DNA of 64,000 nt from Dehalococcoidia bacterium (GCA_963665385.1 OY762213.1:786913-850912), one strand, 5' to 3'; counted from the stretch's first letter, positions 1-10,625 are shown. Numbers and translations are program-made. Notes: generated by a model not told the origin, from the sequence alone.

Positions 1-9
1 CTTGAGGGA

Positions 10-726
10 TCATGCTTCCTCAAGTTTGGATTCCAGGACATCGAGAATCAAGGCCACGACTTCTTCACCGGTGGATTTTGTTGACGTATTCTTCGATGCG
101 CTGGTGTCGATATCCGCAAAACGAGGGAATCCATCGGCGAATGATTCTCTAACCGTCTGATACGCCCCGTTCAACTGCGGAAGCAATTCTGGGTTCATGG
201 CTCTGCCTTCATCGGAGATGATCTTGTCTCTGTTCTCTCGATCCAATGAAGTGCCAGCGTCGGAAGTAAACAAGAACACGGCATCTATTTTGGCACGCCA
301 TTCATCGATCAATAGAAAGTTGTGAATCCGGTCTCGCGATTCTTCATCGATGTTGCCTCTTGTCGTCAGCAATTGGAACCAGGCGAGGGCATCGAATAGC
401 CCACGATCCAATATTGCAAGGTCGTATTTGTCTGAACCATAGGTGGCTTCGAGGATGTGCATGAGCGAGTAGGATGCCGACCATGTATTGAACGCGACCC
501 AATTGTCCTTGAGGTAGTACGGAGTTCGCCGTGATGCTCCTTCAACGGGCGCAAGGACCTTGAACTCCAACCGCCGAAAGAAATGAGTAACGATATCGAT
601 ACAAGTGCTCTTGCCACTCTTTGGGGTTCCCGCGAACTCAATGAATACGGGGCGCTCCGGATCATGGGTTCTCAGTTCGTCCCGTATGCGTTCCGCGCGC
701 TGCCGTAGGTCGTCAGGATTGCTCAT
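10..726 (-). CDS. Thymidylate-kinase-like P-loop NTPase
   Basis: Walker A EFAGTPKSGKST and NMP-kinase-type ILDRG motif. Start set at MSNPDD (GGAGAG upstream). Its stop overlaps an ATG (ATGA, 10-13) of a gene leaving the window. Confidence 0.7.
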   Translation of the reverse strand: MSNPDDLRQRAERIRDELRTHDPERPVFIEFAGTPKSGKSTCIDIVTHFFRRLEFKVLAPVEGASRRTPYYLKDNWVAFNTWSASYSLMHILEATYGSDKYDLAILDRGLFDALAWFQLLTTRGNIDEESRDRIHNFLLIDEWRAKIDAVFLFTSDAGTSLDRENRDKIISDEGRAMNPELLPQLNGAYQTVRESFADGFPRFADIDTSASKNTSTKSTGEEVVALILDVLESKLEEA

Positions 727-913
727 ACACATTTCTCTCCGGGGCATCTCGCATCGAGTAAATGTCTGCGAACATTTGCTCGCATCTTCGCACAGAAAGA
801 GACGAGGGCGCAAGTACCGCGCCGGGCAATTTACATTCCAATTGTGTGGTGGCGGCACACCGCTATCTTTACGCTTCGCAGCCGGAGTAAGAGGGTGGGG
901 TGTGGCCAGGAAT

Positions 914-1058
914 GGATTCCGGCTTTCGTCGGAATGAGGGGAGTGGCGTTACGGGGTTTGATTGGCGCAATGGGATTCTGGATTCCCGCTTTCGCGGGAA
1001 TGACGATGCTATGATTGATGGGTGGGGTGTGGCACTTCGGCGGGCTCAGGGTGAGCGG
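914..1058. repeat. Cluster of REP-like palindromes
   Basis: GGATTCCGGC-TTTC-GTCGGAATGA (914-937), GGATTCCCGC-TTTC-GCGGGAATGAC (980-1004) and CTTCGGCGGGCTCAGGGTGAGCGG (1035-1058); related copies occur elsewhere in the window. Confidence 0.7.
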
Positions 1059-1147
1059 AGACGGTTTGTTGGTTGCACCCACGTAGGTATCACCCGATTC
1101 ACGTGTTTCAAGTCACATAATCTCGACGCGGAAATCAGACGCTTACG

Positions 1148-2971
1148 ATGTTGAAGTCACATAGTTGTGGGGAGCTTTCGCCTGCGGAGGCGGGACAGGT
1201 TGTGCGTTTGGCGGGGTGGGTTCATCGCCGTCGGGATCATGGCGGGCTGATATTCCTCGATATGCGGGATCGCACCGGGCTGGTGCAGGTTGTCGTCGAT
1301 CCGTCGGCGGCGGAGTCCGCGTACCAATCCGCGGACGCTCTGCGGAATGAGTGGGTGGTGGCCATCACGGGCGAGGTGCAGGTTCGGCCAGCGGGCACGG
1401 AGAATCCACGCATCGCGACTGGCGGCATCGAGATCCACGCGAGCGAGGTGACGGTGCTTAATCCGTCCAAGACGCCGCCTTTCTACATTAATGAGGAATC
1501 GGACGTCGATGAGTCGCTCCGGCTGCGATATCGATACCTGGACCTGCGGCGGGAGCGGATGGCGGCGAACCTCAGGCTGCGGCATCGCGTCGTGAAGTAC
1601 ATCCGCGATTTCCTGGACGGGCGCGGCTTTTTGGAAGTCGAGACGCCGATGTTGATGAAGAGTACGCCGGAGGGGGCGCGGGACTATCTTGTGCCGTCAC
1701 GGGTTCACCCGGGCCATTTCTATGCGCTGCCACAGTCGCCACAGCAGTTGAAGCAGCTGCTCATGGTGGCGGGTGTGGAGCGATATTTCCAGATTGCGCG
1801 GTGTTTCCGTGATGAGGATCAGCGGGCAGACCGGCAGCCGGAGTTCACGCAGCTTGATTTGGAGATGAGCTTCGTGGACGAGACGGACGTGCTGGACCTG
1901 ATGGAGGAGTTATACACGGGGCTGGCGCAGGCCACCGCGCCGCATATGGGCGTGACGTCGCCGTTTCCACGGATGACGTATGAGGAGGCGATGCGGCGAT
2001 TCGGTTCGGACAAGCCGGACCTGCGTTTCGGGATGGAGATCACGGATATATCGAGCATCGTTGCCGAGAGCGGCGTGGGGGTATTCACGTCGGCGCTTGG
2101 CGAGTCGGGCAGCACGGTGCGGGGAATCGTTGCGCCGGGGTGCGCGGGGTACAGTCGTCGTGAACTTGAGAATCTGACGGAGATTGTTCGCGGGCAGGGC
2201 GCGCGCGGGCTGGCGACCATCGGTCTGGACGCGGAGGCGGGGACGGCGGTCTCCGATCTGCAGTCGGAAAACGTGCGGTCGGCGTTGGCACGTCATCTTG
2301 ATATTGAAACGGTGAGGTCGATTGCGGAGGCGATGGGGGCCGGAGCGGGTGATCTGCTGCTGATTGTGGCGGCGCACGAGGATGTGGTAAGCGCGTCGCT
2401 GAGCGCGCTGCGGACGGAGTTGGGGGAGCGGCTGGAGCTGGCAGATCCGAATGAGTTGGCGTTCGCGTTCGTGACGGAATTCCCTCTATTTGAGGCGGCG
2501 GGTGATGAGGGCGGGCTAAGTTCCGTGCATCATCCGTTCACCGCGCCGGTGCCGGGGGATGCGGGGCTGCTGGAGGAATCGCCGACGGCTGTGCGGTCGC
2601 GGGCGTATGACCTGGTGGTGAACGGGCTGGAGCTGGGGTCGGGTTCGATCAGGATCCATGACCGCGAGCTGCAGGACAGGATTTTCGCGCTGCTGGGGCA
2701 TTCACCGGAGGAAATTGAGGATCGATTCGGACACATGCTGGAGGCGTTCGAGTACGGGGTGCCTCCGCATGGCGGGTTCGCGCCGGGGATCGACCGAACT
2801 GTAATGGTGCTGGCGGGGGAGCCGAATATCCGCGAGGTGATCCCGTTCCCGAAGACGCAGTCGGCACAGGACCTGATGATGAGCGCGCCGTCCACGGTGG
2901 ACGAGCAGCAGCTGGTTGATCTGAATCTGCGGCTGCGAGAAGCCGCGCAAGTGATCGCGGCGTCTGACTGA
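1148..2971 (+). CDS. aspS: Aspartate--tRNA(Asp/Asn) ligase
   Basis: OB-fold GWVHRRRDHGG, LRYRYLDLR, STPEGARD, LPQSPQ, FRDED..ADRQPEFTQLD, GAD insert, PPHGG..GIDR. Confidence 0.97.
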   Translation: MLKSHSCGELSPAEAGQVVRLAGWVHRRRDHGGLIFLDMRDRTGLVQVVVDPSAAESAYQSADALRNEWVVAITGEVQVRPAGTENPRIATGGIEIHASEVTVLNPSKTPPFYINEESDVDESLRLRYRYLDLRRERMAANLRLRHRVVKYIRDFLDGRGFLEVETPMLMKSTPEGARDYLVPSRVHPGHFYALPQSPQQLKQLLMVAGVERYFQIARCFRDEDQRADRQPEFTQLDLEMSFVDETDVLDLMEELYTGLAQATAPHMGVTSPFPRMTYEEAMRRFGSDKPDLRFGMEITDISSIVAESGVGVFTSALGESGSTVRGIVAPGCAGYSRRELENLTEIVRGQGARGLATIGLDAEAGTAVSDLQSENVRSALARHLDIETVRSIAEAMGAGAGDLLLIVAAHEDVVSASLSALRTELGERLELADPNELAFAFVTEFPLFEAAGDEGGLSSVHHPFTAPVPGDAGLLEESPTAVRSRAYDLVVNGLELGSGSIRIHDRELQDRIFALLGHSPEEIEDRFGHMLEAFEYGVPPHGGFAPGIDRTVMVLAGEPNIREVIPFPKTQSAQDLMMSAPSTVDEQQLVDLNLRLREAAQVIAASD

Positions 2972-3039
2972 GTGTTGGGCGCCCCGATGTATAATGTTGT
3001 TCCTGCCTCGTAGCCAATCCGAATACGGAGTTTCCACGC

Positions 3040-4563
3040 GTGAAGATTACAACTGAAGATATGCCTGACCGACAGGTTGGGCTGCTTATTGAGTTGGAAG
3101 AGGCGGAGATTGAGGATCACAAGCAGCGGGCATACCGTCGGCTTGTGCAGCGGTACGTCATTCCGGGCTTTCGGAGAGGCAAGGCTCCGCGCATGATCCT
3201 CGAACGTCATATCGGGGCGGAAACGCTCATCCAGGATGATATCGAGGGGCTGCTGGAGCGGTCGGTGGCGGATGCGGTTGAGCAGCAAGAGCTTGAGCCC
3301 ATCGCGCGGCCGCAGGTAACGGACCTGGAATCGCTTGATCCCATCACGTTCCGCGCCACCGTGGCGCTGCGACCGGAGGTGGAACTCGGTGACTACGAGT
3401 CGATTCGCGTCGACTGGGAGGACCCGGAGGTCCCTGAGGAGCAGGTCGAAGAGGTGCTCAATAACCTCCGCCGGCAGGGCTCGCCGTGGGAGCCAGTGGA
3501 GAGGGCTGTTGAGCTCGGTGATCTGCTGACCGTCGATATGAGCGGTTATGTGGACGAGGACCCCGAGGACGCAGCGGATTCTGAGGACGGCGGTGATGAG
3601 GATTCTGATGGGGAGTCGGAGCCGGCCGCTGAGGCAGACACTGACCCTGATGCGGACGATGCCGATGGAGATGAGTCCAAGGACGAGCCGGAAGTACCCG
3701 GTCGAAGGACGTTCGTCGAGGAGACCGGCATCAGCTATATGGTGCAAGAAGGCGTGACGTATCCCGCGCCGGGTGTGCCGGAGCAGCTCGTCGGCATGAA
3801 CGCGGAGGAGACCAAGGAGTTCACGATCTCCGTGCCGGATGATTTCACGATTCGCGATCTGAATGGCAAAGAGGCGCATTTCACCGTGACGGTCCGCGAG
3901 GTCAAGGAGCAGAATCTGCCGGACCTCGATGACGAATGGGCGCAGGGCGTCGAGGGATTCGGCGACGATGTCTTTGAGACGGTGGAGGCACTGCGAGACC
4001 GGATTCGGGCTGATCTAACGGAGCGGACAGAGGCGCAGACACGCGCCGAATTTGAGGAGAATATCCTCGAGAAGTTCGCAGAGGCCGCGACTGTCACGTA
4101 TCCGCCAATCGTTGTGGACATGGAAGTTGATCGTATCCTGCAGGACCAGGACGAGCAGATGCGGGGAATGGGCATGTCGCTCGCCGCATACGCGCAGTCG
4201 ACGGGCCAGGGCGTAGAGCAGCTGCGCGACACTGTGCGGCCGCAGGCGGAGCAGCGCGTGCTGCGCGGACTGCTGATCACGAACCTGGCTGAATCGACGG
4301 GCATTGAGGCCTCGGACGAGGAAATCGACGATGACATCGCTGAGGTCGTCGGCGCTCAGCAGGATGAGGCGGCGCAGGAGCAGGCGCGACAGGTATTTGA
4401 AAGTGAAGCTGCCCGCGAGAGTGTGGAGCGCAGAATTGTCGCGCGTAAGACAATGGATATGCTGGTAGATATCGCGCGACGGGAGCGCGACGGTTCGGAA
4501 GAGGCCGCCGAGACAGAGGCGGAGACCGAGGCCGACGAGGATTCGGATAACGGGGACGACTAG
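3040..4563 (+). CDS. tig: Trigger factor with acidic insertion
   Basis: Ribosome-binding signature [13 protein letters not shown]-like middle domain, PDLDDEWA; tig-clpP-clpX synteny. Confidence 0.93.
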   Translation: MKITTEDMPDRQVGLLIELEEAEIEDHKQRAYRRLVQRYVIPGFRRGKAPRMILERHIGAETLIQDDIEGLLERSVADAVEQQELEPIARPQVTDLESLDPITFRATVALRPEVELGDYESIRVDWEDPEVPEEQVEEVLNNLRRQGSPWEPVERAVELGDLLTVDMSGYVDEDPEDAADSEDGGDEDSDGESEPAAEADTDPDADDADGDESKDEPEVPGRRTFVEETGISYMVQEGVTYPAPGVPEQLVGMNAEETKEFTISVPDDFTIRDLNGKEAHFTVTVREVKEQNLPDLDDEWAQGVEGFGDDVFETVEALRDRIRADLTERTEAQTRAEFEENILEKFAEAATVTYPPIVVDMEVDRILQDQDEQMRGMGMSLAAYAQSTGQGVEQLRDTVRPQAEQRVLRGLLITNLAESTGIEASDEEIDDDIAEVVGAQQDEAAQEQARQVFESEAARESVERRIVARKTMDMLVDIARRERDGSEEAAETEAETEADEDSDNGDD

Positions 4564-4613
4564 CACCAGCGGGCGCATGGGCCCGACGGACACGTCAGAG
4601 GAGACTTAGCGAA

Positions 4614-5288
4614 ATGACAACGTGGACAGGCGGAACGGGCGAAGGACTGCCGGGTGGAATCGTGCCGGCGGGGCCGCAAGGCATCGTGCCGATGGTCATT
4701 GAGACTGGAGCGCGGGGCGAGCGGGCCTTTGACATCTATTCCCTCCTGCTCAAGGAGCGGATTATCTTTCTTGGCACGCCCATCAATGACCAGATTGCAA
4801 ATCTTGTCGTTGCGCAGCTGCTGTACCTGGACCGGGAAGATCCCGACAAGGACATTTCGCTGTATATCAGCAGCCCGGGCGGCGTCATCACATCCGGTCT
4901 GGCCATCTATGACACGATTCAGTTGATTCGCGCGGACGTTTCCACGATCTGCGTGGGGATGGCGGCAAGCATGGCAACGGTCCTGTTGACTGCTGGAGCG
5001 GCAGGCAAGAGGTACGCCCTGCCGAACTCGACGATTCACATGCACCAGGCCATGGGTGGCGCGCAGGGACAGGCTGCGGATATTGAGATTGCGGCGCGTG
5101 AGATTCTGCGTCTGCAGGAGATCATCCGTGGTATTCTGTCGCGACATTCCGGGCAGCCGGTGGAGAAGGTGGCGCGTGACATGGATCGCGACTACTATCT
5201 CACTGCAGACCAGGCCAGGGAGTACGGCATCGTTGATGAGGTGCTTTCGGGGCCGGAGGACGAGAGCAAAGACGCCAGCGCCGCATAG
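4614..5288 (+). CDS. clpP: ATP-dependent Clp protease proteolytic subunit
   Basis: [18 protein letters not shown], catalytic Ser (GMAASM), His (MHQ), Asp (DRD). Confidence 0.97.
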   Translation: MTTWTGGTGEGLPGGIVPAGPQGIVPMVIETGARGERAFDIYSLLLKERIIFLGTPINDQIANLVVAQLLYLDREDPDKDISLYISSPGGVITSGLAIYDTIQLIRADVSTICVGMAASMATVLLTAGAAGKRYALPNSTIHMHQAMGGAQGQAADIEIAAREILRLQEIIRGILSRHSGQPVEKVARDMDRDYYLTADQAREYGIVDEVLSGPEDESKDASAA

Positions 5289-5368
5289 CTGCCAGGAATA
5301 GAGGCCCGTGCGGGACGGGCTTTGGGGTTGCCTTAGACTCGGTGACGGGGAGGAGTAAAGGCAAGGGC

Positions 5369-6706
5369 ATGGTTGACGAGACTAACGGTCGACGAAACGG
5401 CGGCCAGGGAGAAGGGCCGCATCGGTGCTCCTTCTGCGGCAAGCCCGAGGGAACGGTCAGGCTTCTGGCAGGACCGGACCATAAAGCCTATATCTGCGAC
5501 GAGTGTGTTCGCGTCTGCCTGCGCATCCTTGAGGGACGGCCTCGCGGAAAAGGCCGCGATGAGCCGGTGGAAGAAGGACAGGAACAGGAAGAAGAGCCGC
5601 AACCGATTCCCGCCCCTAAAGAGATCTATAACCTGCTGAGCGAGTTCGTTATCGGGCAAGAGCGCGCAAAGCGCGTGCTCAGCGTTGGCGTTTACAACCA
5701 CTACAAGCGCACGAGCGTCAAGAGCGAAGAAAGCCCGGACGTCGAGTTGGACAAGACGAATATCCTGCTCGTCGGACCAACGGGGAGTGGCAAGACACTT
5801 CTCGCGCAGACCCTGGCACGCATCCTGAACGTGCCGTTTGCCATCGCGGATGCAACGTCGCTGACGGAGGCCGGATACGTGGGCGAGGATGTTGAGAACA
5901 TCCTGCTCCGCCTGATACAGGCGGCGGACTATGACGTATCCAAGGCGCAGCGGGGCATCATCTACATCGATGAGATTGACAAGACGGCGCGCAAGAACGC
6001 CAACCCGTCCGTGACGCGTGACGTGTCCGGGGAGGGCGTGCAGCAGGCGTTGCTGAAGATTGTGGAAGGATGCATTGCGAATGTGCCGCCGCAAGGGGGA
6101 CGCAAGCATCCGCAGCAGGAATTCATCCAGATCGACACCAGCGGCATTTTGTTCATCTGCGGCGGGGCGTTCGAGGGGATGGATGAGTTAATTGCCGCCC
6201 GGGTGAACAAGGACAAGCGCAGCATCGGGTTCGGATCAGAGCGAATGGCGGATGATCCGGCAGAACGCAGCCGCGTGATGGCGCAGCTGAGCCACGACGA
6301 TATTCTTTCGTACGGCATGATTCCGGAATTCGTTGGACGGATGCCCCTGGCAGTTGCCCTAGACCCGTTGCAGAAACCTGATCTGCTGGAGGTGCTCACG
6401 AAGCCCAGGAACGCTCTTGTGAAGCAGTATGCAAGCCTTCTGGGGCAGGATGGTGTGAACCTGGAGTTCACGGATGAAGCGCTGGAGGCGGTGGCGGACA
6501 GGGCGCTGTCACAGAAGACGGGCGCGCGCGGACTGCGGACAGTTGTGGAGGAAATCCTGCTCGACGTCATGTACGAGCTGCCGAGCATGGAGGGCATCAC
6601 GCGCTGCCTGATCACCGCTGACACAATTCACAACAAGCTTCCGCCGTTGCTGTTCAACGCCAAGGGCGCGACCGTGGCGCTCAGGCCGGAAGAAGAGAGC
6701 GCCTAA
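5369..6706 (+). CDS. clpX: Clp protease ATP-binding subunit
   Basis: C4 zinc domain [25 protein letters not shown] loop, IGF loop. Alternative GTG start at 5342. Confidence 0.97.
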   Translation: MVDETNGRRNGGQGEGPHRCSFCGKPEGTVRLLAGPDHKAYICDECVRVCLRILEGRPRGKGRDEPVEEGQEQEEEPQPIPAPKEIYNLLSEFVIGQERAKRVLSVGVYNHYKRTSVKSEESPDVELDKTNILLVGPTGSGKTLLAQTLARILNVPFAIADATSLTEAGYVGEDVENILLRLIQAADYDVSKAQRGIIYIDEIDKTARKNANPSVTRDVSGEGVQQALLKIVEGCIANVPPQGGRKHPQQEFIQIDTSGILFICGGAFEGMDELIAARVNKDKRSIGFGSERMADDPAERSRVMAQLSHDDILSYGMIPEFVGRMPLAVALDPLQKPDLLEVLTKPRNALVKQYASLLGQDGVNLEFTDEALEAVADRALSQKTGARGLRTVVEEILLDVMYELPSMEGITRCLITADTIHNKLPPLLFNAKGATVALRPEEESA

Positions 6707-6712
6707 CTGCGA

Positions 6713-7642
6713 TCAGGCATCGGCCTGTTCGGCGAGCAGATCTTCGATCTGTTGCGTGATATCCAGGCCAGTTTCAAGCGGATCGCCGTTTGCGTCCCGC
6801 ACCACGCCGTCTTTAATCTGAACGCTGCCCCCAGCAAGTTGACGCAGTGCCTCAACGAGTGTCAGTGCCTCTCTCTTGAGGCCCTCACCGCGAATTCTAG
6901 CGAAGAGAGGGTCTTCTTCTAGCTTGGATGACGTTGCGAAATGGGAATGAACGTACATATTTCTATAAAGTTGGGCCAACTGTACCTCAGCACCTAGGCC
7001 GGCAGGAATCTCGTTGCTTTCTACGTTAGGAAAGTGATTTCGCCACATTTCGAGGGACTTTGTCATCAGTCCCGCATAGCCTGGACCGCGTATGGGAAAT
7101 TGACTGAATGCAACGACCGGACCTTTGTCTAGCTGTTCGGTAGCCAATTGTATTGATATCCCTGTCCTGTCAGCATTTTGGGCAAGGAGGCTTGCAATTA
7201 CTTCCTTCCAAGTTCCGACAGGTCCATTTGGAGCTGCCGGATGTAGGTTTAACGCCTTGAATCTGTTGACTACATTCTCCCCCACGACGAGCAAGAGTCC
7301 AGCAAACACTAGCGCGTCGACGTTGTGCCTTTCTATTGACCAAGTCAACCTGTCGTTGTATTGATCTCGCCAATGGGGGGTATTCGAATGTTGCTCACGA
7401 TATCTTCGGAAAGACAAAGGAACCGTCTTCAAGTCGAGATTCTGCGCAAGAGCGAGAAACTCATCACTTCCCTGTGCTTCTCCGGGCTCACGCGTGCAGA
7501 GAACGAATTCGATGCTTGCGTTTAGGGAGCCTTCGGAGATGGCACTTTGCGCAGAACGCAACAAAGCCTGGGATCCAGGCCCGCGCCCTGTAGAAAGCCA
7601 ACCAAGGCGCAGTTGTTTTCTTGCTGTGTTTGACTGAGCCAT
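6713..7642 (-). CDS. purN: Phosphoribosylglycinamide formyltransferase-like protein
   Basis: LGWLSTGRG N-terminus, NLHP and LDKG retain the Asn-His-Asp triad of formyltransferases. Confidence 0.7.
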   Translation of the reverse strand: MAQSNTARKQLRLGWLSTGRGPGSQALLRSAQSAISEGSLNASIEFVLCTREPGEAQGSDEFLALAQNLDLKTVPLSFRRYREQHSNTPHWRDQYNDRLTWSIERHNVDALVFAGLLLVVGENVVNRFKALNLHPAAPNGPVGTWKEVIASLLAQNADRTGISIQLATEQLDKGPVVAFSQFPIRGPGYAGLMTKSLEMWRNHFPNVESNEIPAGLGAEVQLAQLYRNMYVHSHFATSSKLEEDPLFARIRGEGLKREALTLVEALRQLAGGSVQIKDGVVRDANGDPLETGLDITQQIEDLLAEQADA

Positions 7643-7795
7643 TAGAGATCGCTAGTTATAGCATCCATAGCCATTTTATGCATTGAGCATAACAGAACTA
7701 AACATCCAATAGAGCGTCTGAAACACTAGATATTGGTGCCGCAATGCACGATGCTAGCGAGAGAGCCTCGATTAAGATCCTAGGAGGATCATCCA

Positions 7796-8956
7796 GTGGA
7801 TGTTGCACAACTTCGATCCCAGATACCGGCGTTAGGGCATCAGGTGTGGATGAACACCGGGTGGTCCGGCCCGTCGCCTTTGTCGGTGGTGGAGGCCATA
7901 AAGAACCGCATTGATATGGAGGCGATGGAGCCGCCGGCCAGTATGCGGGTGATCGAGACGGCAAGAGAGATTCGCAGCCAGGCCCTGCAGGCCGTCGGCA
8001 GGCTGATGAATGCCTCCGAAGAAGAGCTCGTCATGACGCGCAATACAACCGAAGGGCTCAATATCGTCATGAGCGGGTTGGACTGGCAGCCGGGCGACGA
8101 GATCGTTACGTGCAGCCTGGAGCATCCGTCCGTTCTTGCGCCCGCGTGGATGATTGGCCTGCGTTACGGGGTGGGCGTTCGCATCGTCGCTCTGGACCCT
8201 CATGATCCCGCCGATGTCATCCTGGAGAAATTCCAGGCGGCCATGACACCGAGGACGCGCCTGATCTTTATCAGCCACATCCAGTATTCAACCGGGATGC
8301 GGATGCCCGCTCCCGAGCTTGCGCGGATGGCGCATGAGAACGGCGCGGAAATCCTTCTGGACGGGGCACAGACGGCGGGACACATTGCACTGGACATGGT
8401 GGCCGACGACTATGACTACTACTCGATTCCCGGCCAGAAGTGGATGCTGGGGTTTGAGGGTGTGGGGGCGCTGTACATCCGGAGACAACTACTCACCGCG
8501 GTTCATCCTGCGCATACGGGCGGGCGGCACATGGAATCGCCAGTCACGCCGAACCATATCGTTCCGAACCCCGCCACCATGGACAAGTTCCTTGGAGGAT
8601 CAGGGAGCATACCGCTGCAGGCGGCGTTTCTTGAGGCGACCCGCTTTATTGAGCCGATAGGGGTCGGCAATATCGAGGCGCGGAATCTCCAGTTAGCCTC
8701 TCGCCTCAAGGCCCAACTGAGGGAATCACCCCATGTGACCGTGCTGTCGCCGGAGGATGGGCCGTTGGCGTCCGGTCTCGTTTCATTCGCCGTTGAAGGT
8801 TGGGAACCAGATGCGCTTGACGATCAACTCTGGGAAAACAACCGCATTGTTGTGCGCCACATCGAACACCCGGAGAGCGTGCGCGCCTCATTACACTTCT
8901 TCAATACCGAAGAGGAAGTGGATCAACTGGCTGCGGCAGTGCGGAACCTGGCGTAG
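7796..8956 (+). CDS. Class V PLP aminotransferase (cysteine/cystine C-S lyase-like)
   Basis: NTTEG, EHPS, SHIQYSTG, DGAQ, PGQKW (PLP Lys), RASLHFFNT; AGGAGG RBS before GTG. Confidence 0.85.
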   Translation: MDVAQLRSQIPALGHQVWMNTGWSGPSPLSVVEAIKNRIDMEAMEPPASMRVIETAREIRSQALQAVGRLMNASEEELVMTRNTTEGLNIVMSGLDWQPGDEIVTCSLEHPSVLAPAWMIGLRYGVGVRIVALDPHDPADVILEKFQAAMTPRTRLIFISHIQYSTGMRMPAPELARMAHENGAEILLDGAQTAGHIALDMVADDYDYYSIPGQKWMLGFEGVGALYIRRQLLTAVHPAHTGGRHMESPVTPNHIVPNPATMDKFLGGSGSIPLQAAFLEATRFIEPIGVGNIEARNLQLASRLKAQLRESPHVTVLSPEDGPLASGLVSFAVEGWEPDALDDQLWENNRIVVRHIEHPESVRASLHFFNTEEEVDQLAAAVRNLA

Positions 8957-8969
8957 GGAAAGGGGGAGC

Positions 8970-9323
8970 CTACAGCGTCGGTTCTAGATCGATGAGCTCT
9001 CCCTTAACGGGATCGACTCCAAGGCCCAACTCCTCAAGTGTTACCACTCCGACCAGAGGCCGAGCATCGTCGGGACCAAAGCAGACAGCTACCACTTCGG
9101 CATAGCCGTTGACACGCACAATTCCGCGGCCGACCGGATATTCTGCCGTCCTCCCGTCTGCAAGACGGAAAGTCATAGTCCGGTGTGGGACAATACCCAA
9201 CTCTCGTAGCATCGATGCAGGCATGAAGGAGTAGGTGGCTCCAGTGTCCACCATCGCCTCTACCTCTCTCGCCTGCGTGTTTTCGAGATTGGAGATCTGC
9301 ACAGTAACGTCAACTCGTCCCAT
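8970..9323 (-). CDS. Small clan-AA (retropepsin-like) aspartyl protease
   Basis: VDTGAT motif, LADG flap, LVGVVTLEELGL. Confidence 0.85.
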   Translation of the reverse strand: MGRVDVTVQISNLENTQAREVEAMVDTGATYSFMPASMLRELGIVPHRTMTFRLADGRTAEYPVGRGIVRVNGYAEVVAVCFGPDDARPLVGVVTLEELGLGVDPVKGELIDLEPTL

Positions 9324-9344
9324 GCCAACACTATAGCGCGGTTC

Positions 9345-10022
9345 TCAAGAATGGGATTGGCGGGCCAGGCCGATCTTTCGGCTGAACACAGTCCAGCGCG
9401 TGGCGAGGTGGATGAGGGGTGTCGTGCGCTTGCCGTGGATGGAGGCGTGGCGGAGGGCGTCCATGAAATCTTCTCTGCCCTCGAATGCCGGGATGTCCGT
9501 GTAGGCATTCCCGATTTCGCGGGCAGTGTGGGCGTCCGTGACGCCGACGGGCCTAATGTCGTGTTTCTCCCCATGCTCACGGATGAATTCCACACCGCGC
9601 ATGATGTCTCCCCTAAGGGTTGTGCGGGCGTTGAACGCTTCAATAATGTCGACGTCCGGAAGTATGTCCATCAACGCGGGCAGAGTAATGTGCTTGCGGC
9701 GGAATCTGTCGAATGGATGAGGAACCTGGACGATGCCGCCCTGGTCCTTGATGCGCTTGACGGACTCCTTGGCGGAGAGGTCGCGCGGGATGTCTTCTTC
9801 AAGGAACAGTCCGATAATCTCTCCATCCGCCGTCCTCAGTTCCGCACCGATGATGACGGGGAACGGGGCGATCTCCCTCACGGCAAGCGCGCCGCGAATG
9901 GTGTGGTGATCCGTGACGGCGATGATGTCTATGCCCCTGCGCTGGCAAGCGCGAATGAGGGATTCGGGGGTCAGTTGGGAATCGGGGGAGACGCGGGTGT
10001 GGATGTGGAAGTCGGCTCTCAT
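9345..10022 (-). CDS. PHP-domain metal-dependent phosphoesterase
   Basis: DFHIHT..SPDS, VTDH, PHPFD, TDAH motifs. Confidence 0.9.
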   Translation of the reverse strand: MRADFHIHTRVSPDSQLTPESLIRACQRRGIDIIAVTDHHTIRGALAVREIAPFPVIIGAELRTADGEIIGLFLEEDIPRDLSAKESVKRIKDQGGIVQVPHPFDRFRRKHITLPALMDILPDVDIIEAFNARTTLRGDIMRGVEFIREHGEKHDIRPVGVTDAHTAREIGNAYTDIPAFEGREDFMDALRHASIHGKRTTPLIHLATRWTVFSRKIGLARQSHS

Positions 10023-10067
10023 GGCCCCCCGCCCCGGTCCTCCCCCACAAGTGGAGAGGGAGACAAA

Positions 10068-10625
10068 TTAGGCGCGCTCCACGTAGTCGCCAGAGCGGGT
10101 GTCGACGACGACGGCGATGCCGTTCTCGACGAACATGGGAACGGTGATGACGAGGCCGGTCTCGAGCGTGGCGGGCTTGGTACCGGCGTTGGCGGTGTCG
10201 CCTTTGAACGCGGGAGGCGTCTCGACGATTTTCAACGTGACAGTCGTGGGCAGTTCGACGCCGATGGGCGCGTCCTGGTAGAAGACCATGTCGAGGTTCA
10301 TGTTCTCCGTCAGGTAGGGCAGTGAGTCCTCGATCTGATCCCTGTCGACGGGAAACTGTTCAAAGGATTCGGTGTCCATGAAGTGGTAGAGGCCGTCCTC
10401 GCTGTAGAGGAATTGGACGGAGCGGGTCTCAAGCGTGGCACGGGTGAAGCGCTCGCCGGCCTGGACGGTGCGCTCAATGGTATGGCCGCCCTTGATGTCG
10501 CGCAGCTTCATGCGGACCTGCGCGGAGCCGCGTCCAATCTTGAGGTGGTGAAAGTCGAGCAGCTGGTACAGTGTGCCGCCAATCTCAATGGTCACGCCTC
10601 GGCGAAGGTCCCCCGTTTCAATCAT
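10068..10625 (-). CDS. efp: Elongation factor P
   Basis: KIGRGSAQVR loop, QFLY..YHFMD, KGDTA..KPATLETG, VDTRSGDYVERA. Confidence 0.95.
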   Translation of the reverse strand: MIETGDLRRGVTIEIGGTLYQLLDFHHLKIGRGSAQVRMKLRDIKGGHTIERTVQAGERFTRATLETRSVQFLYSEDGLYHFMDTESFEQFPVDRDQIEDSLPYLTENMNLDMVFYQDAPIGVELPTTVTLKIVETPPAFKGDTANAGTKPATLETGLVITVPMFVENGIAVVVDTRSGDYVERA

